A stretch of DNA of 28,923 nt from the NCBI GenBank assembly GCA_946627905.1, contig CAMOVY010000001.1, positions 1-28,923 on the forward strand, read 5' to 3'. The stretch is from an uncultured Clostridia bacterium (GTDB taxonomy: Bacteria; Bacillota; Clostridia; Christensenellales; Borkfalkiaceae). The position numbers and the translations under genes were made by a program. Below are positions 24,701-28,923 of this stretch, piece by piece. The first letter of the stretch is position 1, and the number at the start of each line of letters is the position of its first letter. The notes beneath the pieces were generated by a model. It was not told the DNA's origin and searched no databases. It saw nothing but the letters and a program-made list of their open reading frames with translations.

Positions 24701-27506
24701 TCGCCGTAATCGTCTGCACCGTTCCGTTATACGTATAATCGTTCTCGCTCCATTCTATCGAGTTTATCTGCGCTTTCATCGGATAAAACGTCGCTTTATG
24801 AAACTCGAAGTCGTAGTTAGGCATAAGATTGTAGTCGTGATAAACAGTCTGATTATAACCCGCTACTATAACGTAATACGACTGTCCCATCGGGCTTGAA
24901 GTCGTCCAGTTGGTTTCGAGCGTTACAGTTGCAAGCGCCGCGTTTATCTCCGTCATCTCGTCGGACGGTATTGTATCGCTCATTCCCGTGTTTACCATAG
25001 GTCTTAAAATCGCTTCCTGCCCGTAATACGCCCTACCGCTTAAACTAATCCATAATTTCACCCTTTCGATAGTCATCGTTTCCGTCGCATTGACAAAAGT
25101 AAAATTATATTTGTCCGCGCCGTCGTAAGTCACGGTTACGGCATAATATCCCGCGTTTATTCTTTCTTCGGAATTGACGGTCGGGGTGCCTATGGGCACG
25201 ACTTCCGCAGTTTCCCACGCCGCGGACGGATTTTTTTGCGTGCCGTCGTATTTAACGGTCAAATCGCTCCACGCTATCGTCGCCGTCGCTTTATTAATCG
25301 TGAAACTCTCCATAGGGTTGGTTATGGTAAAGTTGTCGGCGTCCGCCCCGTTATATTCCGCGGTAACCCCGTAATTACCCGCGTTTATTCTCGTTTCAAA
25401 AACGACTTCGGGGTCGCTTACGGGCATCACCGCCGCGCTTTCCCACGCCACGGACGGGTCTTTCTGCGTGCCGTCGTAAGTCACGGTAAGATTGCTCCAA
25501 ACAATCGTTATAGACGCTCTGGTTATGGCGTAAGGATAAGAAATGTTCGTAAAAGAGTAATTGTCTTTAAGCGTGGCAGTTCCCGCGCTGTAACCGTACA
25601 CATAGAACCTGTAAGGCGTGTCGGAAGCGTCAATTTGATTCCCGCCGCTCGTTATCGCGGTGAGCGTGTCGCTACCGACGAGGTTCGTAAATTCTACACG
25701 TATCTTATAAGGCTGACCGTTATAAGGTCGCGTGCCGCCCTCTGTGTTGCTTATCTTATAATCGTCGATAAAATTAACCGTAAGCGGTCTGGGATTTATA
25801 ACGAGATACGCAACGTCCGAAACCGCCTCCATATAATTTTCGCTTGGCGCGCCGTACGCACGGACCGCATATCTGCCCGCGCTCGTCGGAACGGTCGTCG
25901 TCCACTCGCCGCTCAAGTCTTCGTCGTTATACTGAATCACGTAATCGTAAGGACTTACCTCAACGCCGAAGTCCGTTTCGATAGCGGTTGCGATAACGGG
26001 ATTGTAAGAATTACCGTAAACGCGCGCCTCGACCTCGTACGAAGAGTTATCGGGGTTATATGTCAAGTTATTTAACGAAAGCGTGATATGCTTTTTATTA
26101 GTAATCTGAACGACGGCTTTATCGGTACAGTAGGACAATTCGTTCCCGCTTGCCGATTTATAACCGAACGTTTCAAGGGTATAACCGTCTTTAAGTAAAC
26201 CGTTTTCCAAAACGGAAGAATCAAGCGCAATGGCGGAACTACCCTGATAATCGCCCAAATTTACGCTGCGGCTTGAAACGACGTTCCCCGCTTCGTCCTT
26301 TACTACGAGCATATATTTATTGATATAGTTATTGCCGTCGGACGCGGAAAGGTCTATATATAATTTCCCGCGAAGCACGTACGCGGAAGTCGGGAACATA
26401 CCCGAAGTAGAACCTATATCCGTGCCGTTTTTAAGATATAATTTATACGCGGGGCGATTACCTTGCGAACTCGCCACCGTGCCGTTGACCCAGCCCGATT
26501 CGGGCGAGCCGCTGATTGCGAAGATAAAATCGCTGTGGCTTACGTTCATTGCAACCTGATAATTCGTCATAGGATTCGTCGTCACGCTGTCGAATATGCT
26601 GTTTGAATTTATCATCATACGCGCAGTAGCGGATACGCCCCTTTTGACGCTGTTGCGAAGGTCCATACTTCCGACCTTTACCCCGTCGGCATGCGCCACG
26701 TAAACGGAATTCCGATTGACGCTTTGTCCTTGAACTATATTCGTCGGCGAAAGGTTGCCGCTATCATCCATAAACGTGAATCCGTTATCCGCGGTTATGT
26801 CGTTCGCACCGAGCAAGAACAGATAATCGTAAGTATATTCGGATTTTTCTCCGAACGCGGCTTTCGTAGTGGCGTAATTATCTTGCACGGTGTTTATATA
26901 AGTGGAATTAAGATGCGAACCGTTTGCGTTAAAAAACGTGTCGTTGTCGTAATATATCATCGTACTGTTATACGTTTCGAGCAACTTATCCCTTAACGTA
27001 CTGCTTGTCCCGAAAATCGTGTCAATAAGCGTATTGCCGTTCCACGCTTCGAGCGTTTCGGGGTTTCTTGCATAAGGCGTTCCGTTAAGAAACGAGCGTA
27101 TGTGCGACGTTGACCACGTATTATAACCGTACGCCGCAGAATTCGACATATTGAAATATTGATAATAAAGCTGAGACGCCAGATTTTTATCCTTCGAATA
27201 CAACATAGTTCCCGCACCGTTATTCATTGTGCCGTTTTGAAGGATAGACCACTTAACGGGTGTGCCGTTGTACTTTCCCATATAAACCGAACTCTGCTGC
27301 TTATCGGAAAGCTGATAAAGCGCGCTGTTTCCGCCGTTCTTTATGTACGCGGCGTAAACGGGGTTTTCTTCCGCCTGTACCACCTTGGTAGTTCTGTCGT
27401 ATCCTACGTTCGTAGAAAATCCGATTCCTACCGAAGCGCATAAGAAAATCACTGCCATTACCATAATAAGCAGCGACTTGTAAACGACATTATTTTTGAT
27501 ATTCAT
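21765..27506 (-). CDS. 1913-aa cell-surface repeat protein (putative adhesin): signal peptide, DUF6273-like domain, MBG-like repeat stalk, C-terminal TM anchor
   Basis: N-terminal hydrophobic signal; VKWSIL / TWSTSHIRSFLN / DYLFLL motifs; repeated IxKATATIVWSxLTxxYDGTQKDP modules; C-terminal WFFWPVIAG...IVILIRKIR; no LPxTG. Confidence 0.8.
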   Translation of the reverse strand: MNIKNNVVYKSLLIMVMAVIFLCASVGIGFSTNVGYDRTTKVVQAEENPVYAAYIKNGGNSALYQLSDKQQSSVYMGKYNGTPVKWSILQNGTMNNGAGTMLYSKDKNLASQLYYQYFNMSNSAAYGYNTWSTSHIRSFLNGTPYARNPETLEAWNGNTLIDTIFGTSSTLRDKLLETYNSTMIYYDNDTFFNANGSHLNSTYINTVQDNYATTKAAFGEKSEYTYDYLFLLGANDITADNGFTFMDDSGNLSPTNIVQGQSVNRNSVYVAHADGVKVGSMDLRNSVKRGVSATARMMINSNSIFDSVTTNPMTNYQVAMNVSHSDFIFAISGSPESGWVNGTVASSQGNRPAYKLYLKNGTDIGSTSGMFPTSAYVLRGKLYIDLSASDGNNYINKYMLVVKDEAGNVVSSRSVNLGDYQGSSAIALDSSVLENGLLKDGYTLETFGYKSASGNELSYCTDKAVVQITNKKHITLSLNNLTYNPDNSSYEVEARVYGNSYNPVIATAIETDFGVEVSPYDYVIQYNDEDLSGEWTTTVPTSAGRYAVRAYGAPSENYMEAVSDVAYLVINPRPLTVNFIDDYKISNTEGGTRPYNGQPYKIRVEFTNLVGSDTLTAITSGGNQIDASDTPYRFYVYGYSAGTATLKDNYSFTNISYPYAITRASITIVWSNLTVTYDGTQKDPSVAWESAAVMPVSDPEVVFETRINAGNYGVTAEYNGADADNFTITNPMESFTINKATATIAWSDLTVKYDGTQKNPSAAWETAEVVPIGTPTVNSEERINAGYYAVTVTYDGADKYNFTFVNATETMTIERVKLWISLSGRAYYGQEAILRPMVNTGMSDTIPSDEMTEINAALATVTLETNWTTSSPMGQSYYVIVAGYNQTVYHDYNLMPNYDFEFHKATFYPMKAQINSIEWSENDYTYNGTVQTITATGSTGYGQVITLEITVNKEFKNAAADYIATASISAADATNFDFAYGVAKTKGYEIKKATATIVWSSLTAIYDGTQKDPTAVWGVAAVMPESAPAVVYAERINAGSFAVNAEYNGADKDNFTITNTTATLVISPIELVISWSDANGGTKVYDGTEYTVSATFTNLVSGDTLIPVITGDNGVNASETPYVKTITGFTAENGTVAENYVLPSTGCDYNYTIIKRNVSVSWTNISFTYNAQAQKPTATWTDTVALNAGSDLVVSGEQVNASDTAYTATAAITGADATNFTITNDTQSFTIGKRTAIVLWTANSFVYDGTPKSAKATWWKGDIFPIGEPTVNHDEMINAGTYSAIATYDGADKDNFTITYNETVAEIRKVSLSISLNGYANYGQEAVLSYSIIEEYSGNIPESERDFVFQTLNGVDLETDWTPTGTVGESYYVMIAGYGHLNYYGDEDLLENYSINWYKGYFTAGIATIVSIEWNENDYTYNGAVQVITAQGKTANDVVIDLEISVNKEFKNAANDYIATAAISSADTDNFEFDSGVITTTKSYEIKKATATIVWSGLTCTYDGTQKDPTAVWENTAVMPESAPTVVDAERINAGSFAVNAEYNGADKDNFTITNTTATLVINRAEIEVVVMLDEDVITFGSEMQAHVGAVWLLSSEETNNALLKTLITGYMAGDNVGTYLITLDFDKAEDENRRSPMTFLDNYEITVINAATLTVNRKAITSGDLANWINGGDVIFNGKTVLEDGNVHMIYAQISGEAAEFIEVIAYKDKDGVDFDGASLAGNYGITALISSVNENYDAQDITLTARLRISVKTAIIDENGEIRGYIVGLDPDYEYTATLMENHTEAYSEQVGENGVEMVITITDENGNPAIDDELTYIVYPPNGYDADTGAMYIVNGGTLESLSGTYDGNGGIGFNAQTDNGVITLIASNIAEGLNINGWFFWPVIAGTTLCGFIVIVILIRKIREEYAEK
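22824..25799 (-). repeat. Tandem 1488-nt (496-aa) super-repeat inside the adhesin (24312-25799 and 22824-24311)
   Basis: Module starts INPRPL (25799), ISPIEL (24311) and INRAEI (22823) are exactly 1488 nt apart; near-identical DNA at about 22822-23280 versus 24310-24768. Confidence 0.85.
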
Positions 27507-27604
27507 TTGTATTCTCCCGACCGTTAAGTCTTTTTTTTACCAACGTTCGTTAAATTATATACGGCCTCGCTATAGTTCTAATTTTTTACTTTAACTTGTG
27601 CCCC

Positions 27605-27633
27605 ATTATACACGAAGGGCGTAAAATTTACAA
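27605..27633 (-). promoter_or_regulatory. SigA promoter of the adhesin
   Basis: TTGTAA-N17-TATAAT about 100 nt upstream of the ATG. Confidence 0.7.
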
Positions 27634-27679
27634 TAGCCGTGTGTTGCAAAATGTTGTCATTTAGTTGCCTTTGGGATTT

Positions 27680-27712
27680 AGTGCCCCGTTTTTACACTAA
27701 AAACGGGGCACT
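27680..27712. terminator. 15-bp perfect inverted repeat closing the tRNA-Asn trailer region
   Basis: AGTGCCCCGTTTTTA-CAC-TAAAAACGGGGCACT. Confidence 0.6.
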
Positions 27713-27838
27713 TTATAAGAACAAGCGTGCCGCTTTGCGGCAAAACCGCTGTCCGTCAGGCTTGCCCATCACAGGCGGCGAACTTTCAAATTTCCAATGA
27801 CAGGCTCGTAAGGAGCAAGCATTGCTTGCGACGGAATA

Positions 27839-28059
27839 GCTGCCCCTGACAGACTCGGGCGACTTGCCCCCATATTGACACTGAACAAAAAACGCGCTAT
27901 CGAGCAACAAAGTCCTGCGTAGCGTAAGTGGAGCAGCGTCGACGACTTATCTTGCAATAGCAAGATAATCGGAGAGTTCATCTCCGTCGGGACGACGGCA
28001 AAAGGAAAACACCAACCGTTTGGTTGGTGTTTTCCTTTTGGCTGCCCCTGACAGACTCG
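27839..28059 (-). repeat. 19-bp direct repeat of the tRNA-Asn 3' end (27839-27857 and 28041-28059) enclosing a palindrome-rich 183 bp
   Basis: GCTGCCCCTGACAGACTCG (plus strand) occurs twice, exactly. Confidence 0.9.
27999..28040. repeat. 19-bp perfect inverted repeat at the tRNA-Asn fragment CCA
   Basis: CAAAAGGAAAACACCAACC-GTTT-GGTTGGTGTTTTCCTTTTG. Confidence 0.85.
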
Positions 28060-28086
28060 AACTGACGACACTGCGGTTAACAGCCG
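28039..28086 (-). pseudogene. 3' half of tRNA-Asn(GTT), from anticodon loop to CCA; att-site remnant
   Basis: Minus strand CGG-CTGTTAA-CCGCAGTGTCGTCAGTTCGAGTCTGTCAGGGGCAGCCA. Upstream is AT-rich with no D arm or 5' acceptor strand. Confidence 0.85.
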
Positions 28087-28164
28087 ATATTTTATTTTTT
28101 AAAGAAAAAATAATAATTTTACCTGCAAGGCATTTGCCACAAAACCCACTAAAAAACCCGTTTT

Positions 28165-28193
28165 TTGATACTTTTTTTCAAAAAAAGTATAAT
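28165..28193 (+). promoter_or_regulatory. SigA promoter with an overlapping 23-bp perfect palindrome
   Basis: TTGATA-N17-TATAAT; ATACTTTTTTT-C-AAAAAAAGTAT at 28168-28190. Confidence 0.75.
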
Positions 28194-28198
28194 AGCCC

Positions 28199-28366
28199 CT
28201 ATAACCCAAACAGGCGCGGAAACGCAACACCAAGAGAGAACCAAACCCAAAGCGGGAAGAACACTCTTTCCGCTTTATTAGCCCACTTTAACGAGTAGAG
28301 AGAAAAACAAAAAGAAAAGACGATGCGCAGAGCGGTTTAGCGCCGGCGCGTCGTCTTTTGTTTTTC
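28199..28366 (+). ncRNA. Candidate small RNA of about 165 nt
   Basis: Bounded by a near-consensus promoter and a terminator; internal 12-bp hairpin; no ATG before the terminator. Confidence 0.5.
28315..28365. terminator. Bidirectional terminator between the candidate sRNA and the repressor gene
   Basis: AAAAGACGATGCGC...GCGCGTCGTCTTTT with T tracts on both strands. Confidence 0.75.
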
Positions 28367-28379
28367 CGATACGAAAAAG

Positions 28380-28760
28380 TTAAATATAATCTTCTATTTT
28401 AAATTTTGGAAAATTAGTTTTTATTTTATCGATTATTGCATTTTGATTTTCTGCGGTAATAATTCTGTGTAAAAATACATCTTCGATTGTTGTTTCGTTA
28501 TTTTCAATAATTCCGCAATTTATAAATGCATTTAACGTTAAATTGAAATAATTACATATTTTTATTGCTTGCGATATTGTTGGTTCATTTTCCCCTATTG
28601 CATAACGGTAAATAGTTTGTTGGGGTATTTCAATTTTTTTAGAAAGAAATGTCGGGTTCGTTTTTGTAAACTGCATTATTCTTGTTAGGCTATTTCCAAA
28701 GGCTTTTTTAAAATTCTTGTAATCATTTGACACAAATAAATCGTATACTTCTATTTCCAT
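28380..28760 (-). CDS. XRE-family helix-turn-helix repressor (CI/ImmR-like)
   Basis: FLSKKIEIPQQTIYRYAIGENEPTISQAIKICNYFNLTLNAF fits the XRE HTH pattern; start MEIEV after an AAGGTGGT RBS; no peptidase domain. Confidence 0.82.
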   Translation of the reverse strand: MEIEVYDLFVSNDYKNFKKAFGNSLTRIMQFTKTNPTFLSKKIEIPQQTIYRYAIGENEPTISQAIKICNYFNLTLNAFINCGIIENNETTIEDVFLHRIITAENQNAIIDKIKTNFPKFKIEDYI

Positions 28761-28783
28761 TTTTACCACCTTGAAAAATTTTA

Positions 28784-28854
28784 ACACGAATTAGTGTTTT
28801 TTTGTTGACTTACACGAATATGTGTGATATTATTTATTTAACACGAATTCGTGT
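28784..28854. promoter_or_regulatory. Three palindromic operators (consensus ACACGAATTCGTGT) and rightward promoter TTGACT-N17-TATTAT (28805-28833)
   Basis: ACACGAATTAGTGT 28784-28797, ACACGAATATGTGT 28812-28825, ACACGAATTCGTGT 28841-28854. Confidence 0.85.
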
Positions 28855-28892
28855 ATATTTAATCCCCGAGAAACGGGAAAGGAGAAAAGAAA

Positions 28893-28923
28893 ATGAAAGA
28901 ACAAAACAAAAAGACAGTAGGCG
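28893..28923 (+). CDS. Start of a gene divergent from the repressor (MKEQNKKTVG...), truncated by the window; positionally Cro/antirepressor/Xis-like
   Basis: AAAGGAG RBS and ATG at 28893, downstream of the operator-bearing promoter; only 10 codons visible. Confidence 0.6.
   Translation, partial: MKEQNKKTVG

Larger units (their letters stand above)
28039..28923. mobile_element. End of a prophage or integrative element inserted at tRNA-Asn (continues beyond the window)
   Basis: tRNA 3' fragment, abrupt AT-rich composition, XRE repressor and divergent operator-bearing promoter. No integrase within the window. Confidence 0.7.

Noticed and set aside
21765-27506. Diversity-generating retroelement acting on the adhesin
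   Set aside because: No reverse transcriptase and no template/variable repeat pair with adenine-specific differences seen; the internal repeats are in-frame coding modules.
28039-28115. Intact tRNA-Asn on the minus strand
   Set aside because: No D arm or 5' acceptor strand, and the outer anticodon stem does not pair; it is a 3' fragment.
27713-28298. ORFs 27713-27910, 27769-28071 and 28020-28298
   Set aside because: They run through palindromes and the tRNA fragment, lack clear RBSs and show no recognisable protein features.

Overview
Chromosomal window from a spore-forming clostridial bacterium (Bacillota; inferred from spoIIID, sigG, ylmC and the hrcA operon). Most genes are on the minus strand. 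In window order: a NitT/TauT-type ABC transporter (partial ATPase, permease, lipoprotein) behind a structured leader; spoIIID; a PlsC-like acyltransferase; a PfkB kinase; ylmC; yitT; sigG; the hit-mtaB-prmA-dnaJ-dnaK-grpE-hrcA block with a CIRCE; proA; an S24/S26 peptidase; a YjjG-like HAD; a Dabb protein; a phosphoglucomutase; six tRNAs (+); a ZIP transporter; a membrane protein; a 1913-aa repeat adhesin; and the edge of an AT-rich element integrated at tRNA-Asn, carrying an XRE repressor and a lambda-like triple-operator switch. Most notable: (1) a circularly permuted ABC substrate-binding lipoprotein under an unassigned terminator/antiterminator leader; (2) palindrome-rich mini-elements and repeats behind tRNAs, two of them bounded by exact 19-20 bp copies of the tRNA 3' end; (3) five tRNA anomalies that would all be repaired by C-to-U change; (4) an orphan promoter-to-terminator RNA at the element edge. 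All family calls come from motif recognition by eye; no database search was run.
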